This document shows, one piece after another, positions 20,098 through 31,003 of a DNA stretch of 60,357 bases (the stretch's first letter is position 1; each line of letters starts with the position of its first letter). Source of the DNA: a virus. Taxonomy: Duplodnaviria > Caudoviricetes. A program made the translations under genes and the position numbers. The notes beneath the pieces were generated by a model. It worked only from the letters and a program-made list of their open reading frames with translations, ran no database searches and had not been told where the DNA came from. The DNA is taken from the IMG/VR virus record IMGVR_UViG_3300044568_001950, positions 1 through 60,357 of that record; one strand, given 5' to 3'.

Positions 20098-20102
20098 TAA
20101 AC

Positions 20103-22253
20103 ATGGAAAACCAAGGAATCATGGCCCTGCCTCAGGCGGGTATGCAGGCACCGACGGCACAGCCTCAAGCCGCAATCGACCCCAAGAACTTTAGCCCGCA
20201 AGTCTTTGACTATGCGCGGATGCAACCTGAGAAATTTGGTCAGGACATCATGGGCGGCATGGAAGCTGCTGATCCTGCCATGGTGGCTGAATTTAAACAA
20301 GCCCTTGCTGGAATGCGGTTGCCCCCAGAAATTATTGATGCTTTGGGGGACATGGTTGACGCCATTTTAAATGACCCGGAAAACTACGACCAAATAAGAA
20401 CAGATTTTGTTTCGGAAGGAATCCCAGAAGAAATTCTTCCGCCAACATTTGATGCGGCATATTTTGCCGCTCTAAATATTGCCCTTGACCAACTAAGTGC
20501 GCAGCAAGGTCCTGTAGGCATGGCTAGTGGCGGAATCATGACGTTAAATCCGGTAGCCACCGAACTTGCCAAGATGGGTCGTGGTGGCGATCGGATGATT
20601 GCTCACGTCACCCCGGCAGAGGCCCGTATGTTGCGCCGCCGTGGTGGATCTGGAACCATTAACCCGGCCACGGGTTTACCTGAATATAAAAAATGGTACA
20701 AAAAAGTTGCTGAAACAGTAACTAAACCTATTAAATCTGCTGCAAAAGCAGTTAAAAGTGCAGTTAAAAGCGTTGGCAACGTCGTAAAAAAGATTGCAGC
20801 CAGCCCGCTTGGTAGGATTGCTCTCACTGCCGCCGCTATTTATTTCATGGGTGGAGCAGGCCTTAACCTTGCAAGTGGAACTCTTGGTATAACCAATGCC
20901 GCTTTGGCTACTGGCGTTAATGCTTTTGCTGGAAGTACTTTGGTTAACTTGGCTTCTGGGCAAAGTTTAGAAGATTCTGTAAAAGGTGGCGTAATAACTG
21001 GATTGACAGCAGGTGTCACCACGGGAGTAATGCAAGGATTTGACGCTACGGTTCCTCCTCCCTCGGTAGTGGGAACGTCGCCCGTATCTGCTGAGCAGTT
21101 AGGAATGGGAGTTGATTCAATTGACGCGGCTGCCGGAACCCCGCTTACAGGAATGGAAGGCGCCACCTCAAACGTACCAACAGTAAGTAACGTCTCTGGT
21201 ACAACAAACGTGGTAACTCCTAACACAATTAGCGCAGACGTATTTACTCCTGACGTTGTCACGGCCAATGCTCCGGCTGGAATTCAACTTGCAGCAGATG
21301 GATCAATTGCGGTTCCTCCAAGTGGACTGGGTCCCCCAATAGAAACGTTTGCTCAAGGACCGGCAACTACCCTAACCGATGGTATAAGCGCTCCGGCTCC
21401 CAATGCTCCGCTCAATTTCTTGGACGAATATAACGTTGGGTCAGGAGCAACTCCTGGTGCAGGCGAGTTTTCTCCTGCGCCTCCTCCGCAAAGCTTTACG
21501 GATATGGCTAAAACTGCTTACAACACAGTAGCAAACCCAGTCAAAGATTTTTACGGAGAATATATTCGTCCATACACTCCAAGTGGAATGGAAGAAAGCG
21601 GACGGGCAGCAGCCGAACAGGTTTACACGGACACTCTTTCTCGTACCGGAAATGAAAAATTGGCAATGATGGCTTATGAAAAAGCGTTGCCAGGGGCCAT
21701 TAGTACTTATGGGCCTACGGCTGCAGCGGGCTTGGGAGCCGCATATCTTGGCGGGGCGTTTACACCAGAAGAGCCTCAGGCTCCTGGAACGTTGCCAAAA
21801 GAAACCGGCTTTGATTTAATGGAAAGGCAGCCAGAAATATACGGAACCACTCCAGGTGGCGCTAGAACCGTTTACTCATCCCTTTTTGATTCTACCCCTC
21901 AAGCTCAAGCTCAACCGGCCTATCAATTTAATCCCATTGAATTTCAACCGGTACAGTATCCAACTTTTCAACCTAGATTTGCCCAAGGCGGAATCGCTGC
22001 TGTAGCTCCGGCCAAATACAATCTTGGTGGTTATGCTTCAGGCGGTATTGGATCCATGGCGAAAAAATATCCTCGTCGCACAGGCCAGATTTCTGGTCCA
22101 GGCACCGGAACCTCAGATTCCATCCCTGCTATGCTGTCGGATGGTGAGTTTGTTATGACGGCCAAGGCAGTGCGCGGAGCAGGTGGCGGATCACGTCGTG
22201 AGGGTGCTCGCAAGATGTACCAGATGATGCGCAAGTTTGAAAGGAATTCGTAA
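20103..22253 (+). CDS. Internal virion (ejection) protein
   Basis: 716 aa; AHVTPAEA...GGSGTINPATGLPEY and GPGTGTSDSIPAMLSDGEFVM motifs. Confidence 0.7.
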   Translation: MENQGIMALPQAGMQAPTAQPQAAIDPKNFSPQVFDYARMQPEKFGQDIMGGMEAADPAMVAEFKQALAGMRLPPEIIDALGDMVDAILNDPENYDQIRTDFVSEGIPEEILPPTFDAAYFAALNIALDQLSAQQGPVGMASGGIMTLNPVATELAKMGRGGDRMIAHVTPAEARMLRRRGGSGTINPATGLPEYKKWYKKVAETVTKPIKSAAKAVKSAVKSVGNVVKKIAASPLGRIALTAAAIYFMGGAGLNLASGTLGITNAALATGVNAFAGSTLVNLASGQSLEDSVKGGVITGLTAGVTTGVMQGFDATVPPPSVVGTSPVSAEQLGMGVDSIDAAAGTPLTGMEGATSNVPTVSNVSGTTNVVTPNTISADVFTPDVVTANAPAGIQLAADGSIAVPPSGLGPPIETFAQGPATTLTDGISAPAPNAPLNFLDEYNVGSGATPGAGEFSPAPPPQSFTDMAKTAYNTVANPVKDFYGEYIRPYTPSGMEESGRAAAEQVYTDTLSRTGNEKLAMMAYEKALPGAISTYGPTAAAGLGAAYLGGAFTPEEPQAPGTLPKETGFDLMERQPEIYGTTPGGARTVYSSLFDSTPQAQAQPAYQFNPIEFQPVQYPTFQPRFAQGGIAAVAPAKYNLGGYASGGIGSMAKKYPRRTGQISGPGTGTSDSIPAMLSDGEFVMTAKAVRGAGGGSRREGARKMYQMMRKFERNS

Positions 22254-23149
22254 TGGCTACCGAAATCACCGAACAGATAGTCCGCGAAGCACCTCAAATT
22301 GAGGCCTACAAGCTAGGCCTTCTTCAGGCAGCAAAGACGCTTTCTGAAAAGAAAATGGATCTTCCTGCTTATGAAGTAGCGGGACTTTCCGAACAGCAAA
22401 AAGCAGCGGCACTTCTTGGCACTAAAGAGGGTGGCGGTATCGGGGCGTTTCAACCTTTCTTACAATCAGGACAAAAATCAATTGAAGCTGGCATTGGTGC
22501 TCTCGGCCAAACCATGGGCGCTCCAACTCAAACAGATTTAGAGGCATATCTAAACCCGTATACCCAAAACGTTATCGATGCGACGTCCGCGCAGATGCGC
22601 CGTCAAGGTCAAATTGCCCAGCAAGGAGCAGCGGCTCAGGCTGTTAAGTCTGGGGCATTCGGTGGAACACGGGAAGGCGTGCAACGTGCCGAAATGGAAC
22701 GTAACCTGCAAGACCAACTATCTAACATGGCAGCGCAACAATATGCGCAGAACTATGCTCAGGCCCAAAATTTATATGGCCAAGAACAGGGACGTGCCCT
22801 GCAAGCTGGACAACTCTACGGCACATTGGGCGTACAACAAGCCGCTCTTGGCGAAGCACAACAACGCTTGGCACAGGGCGACATAAACACATTAATGACT
22901 CTTGGTCAACAAGATCAAGCGCAAAAACAGGCAGCATTGGATGCGAAACGTGCCACAACGCTTCAAGAATCACTGACCCCGTACCAGCAACTGTCCTTCT
23001 TATCGGACATTTACAAGGGCGCACCAGGAACACAAATTGGTTTAACATCGCAATCTGCTCCAAGTACAAGTCCTCTGTTACAAGCGGCAGGAATTGGAAT
23101 AGCGGGGATTTCTGCGGCAGCAGGGGGCAAGAAAGCTGGATTATTCTAG
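22253..23149 (+). CDS. Internal virion / DNA pilot-like protein
   Basis: Gln/Ala-rich; YLNPYTQNVID, GAFGGTR motifs. Confidence 0.7.
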   Translation: MATEITEQIVREAPQIEAYKLGLLQAAKTLSEKKMDLPAYEVAGLSEQQKAAALLGTKEGGGIGAFQPFLQSGQKSIEAGIGALGQTMGAPTQTDLEAYLNPYTQNVIDATSAQMRRQGQIAQQGAAAQAVKSGAFGGTREGVQRAEMERNLQDQLSNMAAQQYAQNYAQAQNLYGQEQGRALQAGQLYGTLGVQQAALGEAQQRLAQGDINTLMTLGQQDQAQKQAALDAKRATTLQESLTPYQQLSFLSDIYKGAPGTQIGLTSQSAPSTSPLLQAAGIGIAGISAAAGGKKAGLF

Positions 23150-23158
23150 GATTAACAC

Positions 23159-25465
23159 ATGAAAAAGCCCGTAATGAGACGAGAGATGTTTATTGCTATG
23201 GCTCCCAAGTCGGGGTCCAAAGGAATCATGTCGGGCTTTGACGACGAAATGGAGATTGAAGATTATGAAGATCGCACACCTGAAAACCTTGAAATCATCG
23301 CTAACAACCTTCGCGGGGACATTCGTTCAATGGACGAAAGGTATTTGGAACTCGCTCAAATGGTCGGTGAGTCAGCGTTCGAAACTCCGGAAGAAGTAGT
23401 TGCATTAATGCAGTCCCAGATGGGACAGCAACAACAACCACCACAGAGTGCAGCCCCTGCTCCGACCCAACAACCTGGCGGCATTGCCGCTTTGGGAGGT
23501 GCAACTGCTCCCCAGGCTCCGCAAGGAATCATGCAAGGAGTTGCAGGGCCCGTGGACCAAGGTCCAATGGAACAACCTCCGGTGCAAATGGCCCAAGGTG
23601 GAATAGTTCATCGTCAGTTAGGTAGTCCTCCTACCGGAGAAGTAGCCCCGGGAAGACGGGCGCTTGGATTTATGCGCTTTATGGAACCGGGCTCGATTCC
23701 CGATCCACGGACCATGGCCCCCCGTTCAATTCCCGTACCACAGGTACAAGTTGCGCCAACAATTCCAATGAGTGGTTTGTTAACGGGTGAGGGTGCTCAA
23801 TTCTTGCAAAGCGGTGCTGCGCGTCCAGGAACATTGCCCCAACAGATTCCTTTGGCTACTCGTTTGAGCACTAACGTTTATGAAGCAATGCGTAATGCTC
23901 CTGGGTTTGCAAGAGAAGTTGGTCGTACGATGATGAGCACTCCTCAAGGAAGAGCCGCTGCCGTTGTTGGCACAGGCTTAACTGCTGCGCTTCCTTTCTT
24001 GGGCGGCAGAGAGCAAACTGTTTCTGACCAAGTTGCTGTTTCGGAAGTGCCTGGTGTAGATGCACAGGGTCGTTATACTCCTGTTCCACTTCCTACGCCT
24101 GTTCGCGGCAAGACCGGAGATGTTGAAAGAGATATTGGTGAGCCTCCAATGCGGGGCAAGACCGGAATTCCTGGCATAGATGTTGGTGTAGAAGATATGG
24201 TTACGTCTACTGCTCCCGTTCCAACAACAACGGTCCCCGCGCCAACACCAGCCAAAAAAGAAGAAGTTGCTGCTCCTAAAGCAAGAGGCTTTAAAGAGCG
24301 AGTTCAAGATAAGATTGACATTTACAAAGACGTTCTTGGCGACGATAAAAACATGCGTCAGGCACAGGCCCTGTTCTTATTGGCTGAGGCTGCATTAAAT
24401 GTAGCCGGAGCCTCCGGCAGATCTACCGCAGAGCGTTTAGCCAAGGGCCTCAAAGGATTGCCAGCAGGTATGGGCGCACTCGGTGCCGAACAAGCCAAGC
24501 AAGATCTGTCTGTTCGCGCTGCTGCCGTTAGCTCGGTTGAGCAAGAGATGGCCGCTGAATCTAAGCAGGCTACTCAGCTTATGCTCAAGATGGCAGACCT
24601 TAACGCTAAGAATGCCGACATCAATACAATGGCGCAGTATCTTGTCGATACGGCAAGCTTTACTCCTGAAAAGGCTGTTCAAGTTGCCAAACTTTCTAAG
24701 GCCGGTGGAATCAAGCCCAATGAAGCCGGAGAGATGGTTGACTTTACTGGCCGTGTGATTAGCAGCCCATATCGTTTAACAGATGGGGACGTTGGCTTCT
24801 TGCCCGCTGATGGTTCAATGCCTTTTGTTTCGGTTGGCAAACGCAGTCTTGTACCGGCAACGGCAAAAGATCGTCCAGCACTGGCCACAGAGCTTGGCAA
24901 TAACCAGTCCATGGTTGGAGCGATTGAGCGTGTAATGCAATTGCCAGGGTTTGAGTCTATGTTCGGCCCGTTAGCCAAGGTTCAGAGTGGGTTAACTAGC
25001 GTCCTTACTCCATTTTTTGGCGCAGACGCTCCGTTTACAAACCTGCCCAAAGATGTTCAAAAGAACGTTGCCATGGAACTTAGAAACGAGTTGATTCAAT
25101 TAAATGCTCGTAATACCTCACGTCCTTCTGTCTGGGAACAAAAGCAAGTTGAGAAGTTTGTTGGCGACCCCAACGCTATCTTGACTTCACCAGAAGAATT
25201 CTTTGGCGTCTTGAATAACTTCCGAGTCAAAGCTATTAACCGGGCTAACGAAATCGAGCATCAGTTGACTGGTTCTCCGCTCAAGCAACTTGAGCCCATT
25301 CCTCTTGGAACGTCTAAAGATCCATTGCAGGCCAAAGATGCTGCCTACCTTGGCGAGTTCTTCCGCTTACGGCCCAATGCTTCTATTTTTATTCAGTTAC
25401 CCAACGAGAAAAGTCCGCGCAAATACTCGGCGCAGGAATACTTTAAACAAACAGGACAGCAATAA
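23159..25465 (+). CDS. Internal virion protein
   Basis: 768 aa, Pro/Gln-rich N-terminus, MAQGGIV motif. Confidence 0.65.
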   Translation: MKKPVMRREMFIAMAPKSGSKGIMSGFDDEMEIEDYEDRTPENLEIIANNLRGDIRSMDERYLELAQMVGESAFETPEEVVALMQSQMGQQQQPPQSAAPAPTQQPGGIAALGGATAPQAPQGIMQGVAGPVDQGPMEQPPVQMAQGGIVHRQLGSPPTGEVAPGRRALGFMRFMEPGSIPDPRTMAPRSIPVPQVQVAPTIPMSGLLTGEGAQFLQSGAARPGTLPQQIPLATRLSTNVYEAMRNAPGFAREVGRTMMSTPQGRAAAVVGTGLTAALPFLGGREQTVSDQVAVSEVPGVDAQGRYTPVPLPTPVRGKTGDVERDIGEPPMRGKTGIPGIDVGVEDMVTSTAPVPTTTVPAPTPAKKEEVAAPKARGFKERVQDKIDIYKDVLGDDKNMRQAQALFLLAEAALNVAGASGRSTAERLAKGLKGLPAGMGALGAEQAKQDLSVRAAAVSSVEQEMAAESKQATQLMLKMADLNAKNADINTMAQYLVDTASFTPEKAVQVAKLSKAGGIKPNEAGEMVDFTGRVISSPYRLTDGDVGFLPADGSMPFVSVGKRSLVPATAKDRPALATELGNNQSMVGAIERVMQLPGFESMFGPLAKVQSGLTSVLTPFFGADAPFTNLPKDVQKNVAMELRNELIQLNARNTSRPSVWEQKQVEKFVGDPNAILTSPEEFFGVLNNFRVKAINRANEIEHQLTGSPLKQLEPIPLGTSKDPLQAKDAAYLGEFFRLRPNASIFIQLPNEKSPRKYSAQEYFKQTGQQ

Positions 25466-28400
25466 TGCCGATTATTACCTTTGCAGATGGCGTTCAATTA
25501 GACACATCTACAGGGCAAGTCGTTGGCCAAGGCGAGCCGCAAAGTCTTACTCCCACCGAGGCCCAAAGGCCTACGGTGGATATTCCATCTGCACCAGGCG
25601 CTCGTGGTGCATTAGACGCGCTCAAGCAACTGTCCACCGGATTTAATACGGCACTTTTTGCCTTACCCGATGCCACCATCCAGGCTGTCGGTCGTGCTTT
25701 AAATGTACGTGAGGATCAAATCCCCACGTTTACTGCATTCTTTAATCGTGATGCAAAGGCCCCGAAGAACACCGTAGAACGATTTGCCAATGCCATTGGC
25801 CAAGGTGCCGGTGGCACGTTACCGTTCACAGGGTTGTTGGCCAGCGTTGCACGGACCAAGGCCCTAACGCAGCCCTTACTTGCCGATGCTTCTGTGTCTC
25901 AACGCGTGGCAAAAGATATGCTTGACTTCATCCGTCAAAACCCAAAAGCCGCAGTTTTGGCGGACATAGGTTTTGGTGGTGCATACGGTGCGGCAGAGCA
26001 AGCCGTAGAAGAAACAGTAGAGCCAGGACAAGAACTAAAGGGTTTACTAAAAGCAACCGTTCCCATTGGAGCAACAGTTGCACTGCCCGCTGCTGGAGCA
26101 AAGTTTTTATCTTTAGCCGGTCGTCTAGCTGAGATTAGCCCCACCGTCAGAGCCGCTCGTGCTGTTCCAGAAATGTTTGGAACCCAGACGGCAGAGGGTG
26201 TTGCTCAAGAAGTCGTGGCTCGGTCCATGCCCAAGGTGCCTATTATTGGCGGCCCATTAAACTGGGTGGGAAGCAAGTATGCCGCTAATGCAGAAAAGAA
26301 AATCACCAACGTACTGGCTCCTCTTTTCTCGGACCCAGCAAAGGCTCCTCCCGGCGTAGCCGATGCACTGGCGGTGACTAAGAGAATCGAAAGTGATCCC
26401 GAACTCAGGGATTTATTCTTGTTTACAGCAGGTGAGCAGACGCTTTACGCACCACTGATCACGGCCCAAAATAACACCGTACGCAATCTTTCCGGTGAGC
26501 TTCTATCTAACGAGCAGGCTCGTGTGGCACAAAACGTTGCCAACATAGGAAATGCTTTTGATTTGTTTGCCCCCAAGGCAGCACTGCCAATTGATGATGC
26601 TTTGCGTACCACCTATGCACAGGCCGTAGACACAATGACTCGCGCCGCACAGCGCGTAGCCACAACTACCGAAGACGAGGCTTTGCGCATTGCCGATACT
26701 TTTGCCATGCAAAACCTAGACGAGATTGGCGATAACTTGCGTCGCGGAATCTTCGGTCAGATGGATGCGCAGTTCAAGCGCATGATGAAAGCGCGGCAAG
26801 AGGCCATGGGTTCAACCGGTATGGACATCGAAGGTGTCAAGACCGCTGTCCGTGCATCCGGTGAGCCGCTTCCCCAAATGCAAACGGCAGATCTAAAAAA
26901 CTTTGCCAACAGATTCACGCAACGCTTCAAGCTCACCCCTGATGAGCGTATGTTCCCAGAGGGAGCACCAGAGCCTATTCGTTTAGTACAACGCGAGATG
27001 ATGCGTTACAACGAAAAGGTTGGCGAGAAGACTGCAGAACTTCTGCCAGATATTATTGCCAGAGAAATGAGCAAGGATCCGTTCTTTGCAAAAGTAACTT
27101 TGGCAGACCGGGAAAGCGCAGCAAGAACTTATGCTGATTCAATTCTTAAGGGAACGGATAGAGTTAAGCTGCCAGAAGGTATTACTGGACCAGATCCCGC
27201 CACGCTCAAGCGCGTTCTAGAAGAAGCCAAGGCACAAGCTGCCAAAGAAGTTGATTTCTCGATCACGATGCCCGAAGCATTGGATCTGTTGAACTCGGCC
27301 ATGAACTTCCGCAACATGTCCATCTTACGTGCAAACAAAGAAATGGACTTGGGCAATCCTCGCCAAGCAGCTATTGGCATTGTCAATCGTGGCGACGCCG
27401 TACTCAAAGACGTAGAGGACTTTGTGTTCTCTTCGTTCAAGAACAGCCCGCAGATGAAAGACTTCCAAGGCGAGTACAAAGATACTTTTGCCAAGGGCTA
27501 CGACAAGTTATTCCCGTTACTCATCACCAAGAAATCTCCCACCGGAGACTTCTACGTTTCCAACGAGCGGGTGGTTAACGAAGCATTAAAGAACGCAGAA
27601 AACGTTCGCAACCTACGGGCCATCTTCCAGGATGACCCCGAGTTTGTGTCCACCATGAACAAGGTCATGCTCGACCGTGCTGCACGAGCCGGGATCCTAG
27701 ATAAGGACGGCACACTGAGCCGAGCCAAGTACGATCGCTGGCTTCAATCGAACAAGAACATTATTGACATGATGCCCCAGTCGGTTCAGCGCAATCTGAC
27801 TGATGAGGCAAAATTTGCCGATGACTATGTTGCACGGCTCAAGGACATGAAGGACCGCCAAGAGCTTGTCAAAGACGACGAGCTTATGTCTCTTTTGCAA
27901 AAGTCTGTACGCCCAGATGCTGATCCGAAAAGACTGGTCGAGCAAGCGGTCAATGACCCGGCCATCATGCGCAAGCTTGTCAACACGGTTGGCAAAGACC
28001 CAGAGCGGTTAAATGCACTGCGCCGCCAGGTTTGGTTCTCGGTCAAAGAATCTTTGTTCGATCCCAAGACGCCCAATTATTTGGCTGACTTTTTAAAGAG
28101 AAATAGCAAGTCAATTGCTATGCTCTACACCCCAGAGCAGCGCCAGAATCTGGATCTGCTTGGCGAAATCCAACGCCGGGTTTACGTAGCCGCTCGCCCT
28201 GAAGGCACTCTGAGTGCCTTCCAAAGTGTGGACGAACAGTTGCGCTCACAGATTGGTGCGGGTATCGGGACGATTGAATCGACAGCCAGAGCAGCCATGA
28301 TTCGCCAGATCAGCCCCATCCACGCTGGTGTGTCGTTGCTTACTCGCTTCATGGGCCGTCAACAGACAGCCATTTATGATGCCATCATGTACAAGGCGCT

Positions 28401-28824
28401 CACTGATCCTGAGTACGCCAATCAACTGGCCAAGTCCAACGGACCACTGAACACTAAAGAGAACATGAAAAAGATGGGCGAGATCACCACTGCAGCCGGT
28501 GGATTCCTGCCTAATTTGCTCAAGGGTGTGCCTCGTGTGGCTTCTATCGAAGCTTCTCAAGCCGCAATGCCTGAGGAAGAGCGTCCGATTGCAACGCCAG
28601 AGTTTACGCAAGGAATGGCCCCTGCAAGGGTTATGCCTCGTATGCCTGCGCCTCCTGCTCCCGCAAGAAGTTTAGGGCAGAGTCCAGTTGTATCGGGGGC
28701 AGCACCAAGGACTCCCCCGGCAATGCCTACTGGTCGGAGCGTTCCTGGGTTTGCAGAGCAATATCAGGCTCTGTTCCCGAACGATCCTTTGTCTCCTCTG
28801 ATGCAGAACCGGCAGCCGCAGTAG
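25465..28824 (+). CDS. Large internal virion protein
   Basis: 1119 aa, helical; C-terminal YQALFPNDPL; last gene of the virion operon. Confidence 0.7.
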   Translation: MPIITFADGVQLDTSTGQVVGQGEPQSLTPTEAQRPTVDIPSAPGARGALDALKQLSTGFNTALFALPDATIQAVGRALNVREDQIPTFTAFFNRDAKAPKNTVERFANAIGQGAGGTLPFTGLLASVARTKALTQPLLADASVSQRVAKDMLDFIRQNPKAAVLADIGFGGAYGAAEQAVEETVEPGQELKGLLKATVPIGATVALPAAGAKFLSLAGRLAEISPTVRAARAVPEMFGTQTAEGVAQEVVARSMPKVPIIGGPLNWVGSKYAANAEKKITNVLAPLFSDPAKAPPGVADALAVTKRIESDPELRDLFLFTAGEQTLYAPLITAQNNTVRNLSGELLSNEQARVAQNVANIGNAFDLFAPKAALPIDDALRTTYAQAVDTMTRAAQRVATTTEDEALRIADTFAMQNLDEIGDNLRRGIFGQMDAQFKRMMKARQEAMGSTGMDIEGVKTAVRASGEPLPQMQTADLKNFANRFTQRFKLTPDERMFPEGAPEPIRLVQREMMRYNEKVGEKTAELLPDIIAREMSKDPFFAKVTLADRESAARTYADSILKGTDRVKLPEGITGPDPATLKRVLEEAKAQAAKEVDFSITMPEALDLLNSAMNFRNMSILRANKEMDLGNPRQAAIGIVNRGDAVLKDVEDFVFSSFKNSPQMKDFQGEYKDTFAKGYDKLFPLLITKKSPTGDFYVSNERVVNEALKNAENVRNLRAIFQDDPEFVSTMNKVMLDRAARAGILDKDGTLSRAKYDRWLQSNKNIIDMMPQSVQRNLTDEAKFADDYVARLKDMKDRQELVKDDELMSLLQKSVRPDADPKRLVEQAVNDPAIMRKLVNTVGKDPERLNALRRQVWFSVKESLFDPKTPNYLADFLKRNSKSIAMLYTPEQRQNLDLLGEIQRRVYVAARPEGTLSAFQSVDEQLRSQIGAGIGTIESTARAAMIRQISPIHAGVSLLTRFMGRQQTAIYDAIMYKALTDPEYANQLAKSNGPLNTKENMKKMGEITTAAGGFLPNLLKGVPRVASIEASQAAMPEEERPIATPEFTQGMAPARVMPRMPAPPAPARSLGQSPVVSGAAPRTPPAMPTGRSVPGFAEQYQALFPNDPLSPLMQNRQPQ

Positions 28825-29500
28825 CATAGAACTCCTTGACCTTGGCATTCCAACGGTCAAGGTACGAGTCAAACTCCCGGCCACAAACCACAAAGTCCTT
28901 TAGTAGGCCATCTTGGGAAGCCATCAAGACCACGCCTTGGCGAATTTCCGTGCCATACATTTCGTTATGCGCCGAAGCGTATGCTGTGAGTTGAACGAAA
29001 TAATCGTCAATCCACTCCCGTTTTTTCATCTTGTTGGCCTGCTTGAAGTCTACGATGGATGGCTCACCACGAAAGACTCCCACCAAGTCGGTTGTTCCTG
29101 CATAGACCCCGCGCTTGTAGACCATGACTTCGTTGCCCCAGACCTCGTCTAGCTCTGGAAAGTACGCCTCCATCAGAGCGCTGGCCATACGATAAGCCTT
29201 GAATTGATAGGCAGATTTTGCCGGTGCCAACTTGCGCATCTTGACGTGGGATTCAATGTAGGCGTGCATGCAAGTACCAACGGCGGCTGCATCGTTCTTA
29301 ATTTTCTCCGCCTGCTCTTGCCCAACACGATTGGCCCACTCTATTAGTTTTGTTTTATCTTTAGTTTTGTCTAATATGGTAGTTACGCTGGGCAGCTTTT
29401 CTTCGTGGCGATTGACATAACGCCTACCTTCCGGCAAATCTTGCCGGGTCAGGGTCTCGTATTTGTACCGTTTGACCAGGTTTATCATCATATCAGCCAT
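28727..29500 (-). CDS. PD-(D/E)XK exonuclease (Cas4/MGME1-like fold)
   Basis: PSVTTIL, GTCMH, E...YAGTTDLVG...IVDFK, YFVQLTAY. Confidence 0.85.
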   Translation of the reverse strand: MADMMINLVKRYKYETLTRQDLPEGRRYVNRHEEKLPSVTTILDKTKDKTKLIEWANRVGQEQAEKIKNDAAAVGTCMHAYIESHVKMRKLAPAKSAYQFKAYRMASALMEAYFPELDEVWGNEVMVYKRGVYAGTTDLVGVFRGEPSIVDFKQANKMKKREWIDDYFVQLTAYASAHNEMYGTEIRQGVVLMASQDGLLKDFVVCGREFDSYLDRWNAKVKEFYATAAAGSASEETKDRSGTEPDIALQTQERSDQ

Positions 29501-30930
29501 TGTTTTAGGTCCTCTCCAAGCACCTGGGTGGCAATGTCGATCTTATTGCGCAGTGCAGTAACGATCTTTTCGTCCACAGACTTGGGTGTAATTAGGTCAA
29601 TGTATGTCACAGACTTGGTCTGCCCGATACGGTGAGCACGGTCCTCGGACTGCAGGCGCACCTCCAGGTCGTAGCTGTTGGAATAATAAATCATTGTGCT
29701 CGCAGCAGTCAGGGTTAACCCGTAGCCTCCGGTCTTGGGCTGCCCAATAAAGAAGCGCAGTTCGCTGTCCGGGTCTTGAAACCTGGTTACGATTTTTTGT
29801 CTTTCTTCACCTTCGGTTGCTCCGTAATAAGTGGCAGCAGAGCCACCGCCATACGTCTTTGAAAGCGCCCGCTCGATCGCCAAGATGTCGTGGGTATAGG
29901 AGGCCCAAATAATAACCTTGCCCGACGTCTCTTCAATACAGTCCAGAAGGGCGTCAAGCCGGTTGTTCTTAATTTCATGCACTTCCCCATCATCGGTCTT
30001 TAAATGCCCACAACATATTTGGTGCAGGCGCAGCAATTGAGTCAGGGCGGTTACCGTCGTAGTCATCTGCCCAGTTTCCAGCATGGCCAGGGCCATCTTC
30101 TTCATGTTGTTGTAGTGGGTCGCCTGCTCGTCAGTCAGCAACACCTCCCGCTTGACGTAGATCTTTGGCGGCAGATCCACGCATTCCTCCTTGGTCACCC
30201 GGAAGGCAAAGGGCTGGAGCTTCTCGTTTAACTCGTCTAGACGCCTGTAACCGACAACTTGGTTAAAGGACCTCGGACCCATGGTTTTTTGGACCAGCAC
30301 GGCGTAGCGGGACTGAAAGGCAAAAAAGCTAGTGAATCCTAACAAATCCGGGGACAGAAAGGCGCATTGTGTGTACAAATCTAGAGGACTCTTGGTCACT
30401 GGCGAACCAGTTAGGATTCTCCTATATTTGGCAAACCGTCCTAACTTGTAGATGCTCTTGGTCCGCTGGGCCGACGGAGATTTGATGGTAGTGCTTTCGT
30501 CCACCGCCATTATGGCGTTGTGGGAAAGTAGGAATTTTTCTGCAAACTTCACACCTTTTGGGGTGGAGAACGCTTCGACGTTCATGATCAGGATATGCAG
30601 GACGTCGTCCGGTTGGAACATGGAGCCCAGTGCAGCTTCCTGGAGCTTATTGGGGTTTGGTGACCACAGAGCGATGCGGTGCATCACATGATCCGGCGCG
30701 TGCTTTGGAATCTCAAGTTCGGCCCAGTTTCGGTACACGCCTTTTGGCGCCACGATCAACGCTCCATTGATGAAGCCATTGTCGTACAGCATGCACATAT
30801 TGTTTATGAGCATGAAGCTTTTTCCCGTACCCATGTCGGCAAATAATGCCGCTTCGGGTTTGTTCCAAAACCTAGACAGGTACGCGCACTGATGCGCATA
30901 AGGTTCATTCTTAAATCGATAATCCAACAT
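29488..30930 (-). CDS. SNF2-family (SF2) helicase
   Basis: DMGTGKS, VDEST, LTGSP, GGYGLTL, QSEDRAHRIGQ; likely ATG at 30930. Confidence 0.92.
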   Translation of the reverse strand: MLDYRFKNEPYAHQCAYLSRFWNKPEAALFADMGTGKSFMLINNMCMLYDNGFINGALIVAPKGVYRNWAELEIPKHAPDHVMHRIALWSPNPNKLQEAALGSMFQPDDVLHILIMNVEAFSTPKGVKFAEKFLLSHNAIMAVDESTTIKSPSAQRTKSIYKLGRFAKYRRILTGSPVTKSPLDLYTQCAFLSPDLLGFTSFFAFQSRYAVLVQKTMGPRSFNQVVGYRRLDELNEKLQPFAFRVTKEECVDLPPKIYVKREVLLTDEQATHYNNMKKMALAMLETGQMTTTVTALTQLLRLHQICCGHLKTDDGEVHEIKNNRLDALLDCIEETSGKVIIWASYTHDILAIERALSKTYGGGSAATYYGATEGEERQKIVTRFQDPDSELRFFIGQPKTGGYGLTLTAASTMIYYSNSYDLEVRLQSEDRAHRIGQTKSVTYIDLITPKSVDEKIVTALRNKIDIATQVLGEDLKQWLI

Positions 30931-30944
30931 GCTTTCTCTCTTTC

Positions 30945-30973
30945 TTGACAAACGCAAACTTCGGAGGTAGTAT
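30945..30973 (+). promoter_or_regulatory. Sigma70-like promoter of the replication operon
   Basis: TTGACA-17-TAGTAT. Confidence 0.7.
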
Positions 30974-31003
30974 ACACGAACTCATAGAAAGGAGAAAGAG
31001 GTA

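Noticed and set aside
28727-29500. Cas4 as part of a CRISPR module with the Cas7-like gene
   Set aside because: It lacks the four-Cys Fe-S pattern, lies 12 kb away and is coupled to a helicase; an ordinary phage replication exonuclease is more likely.
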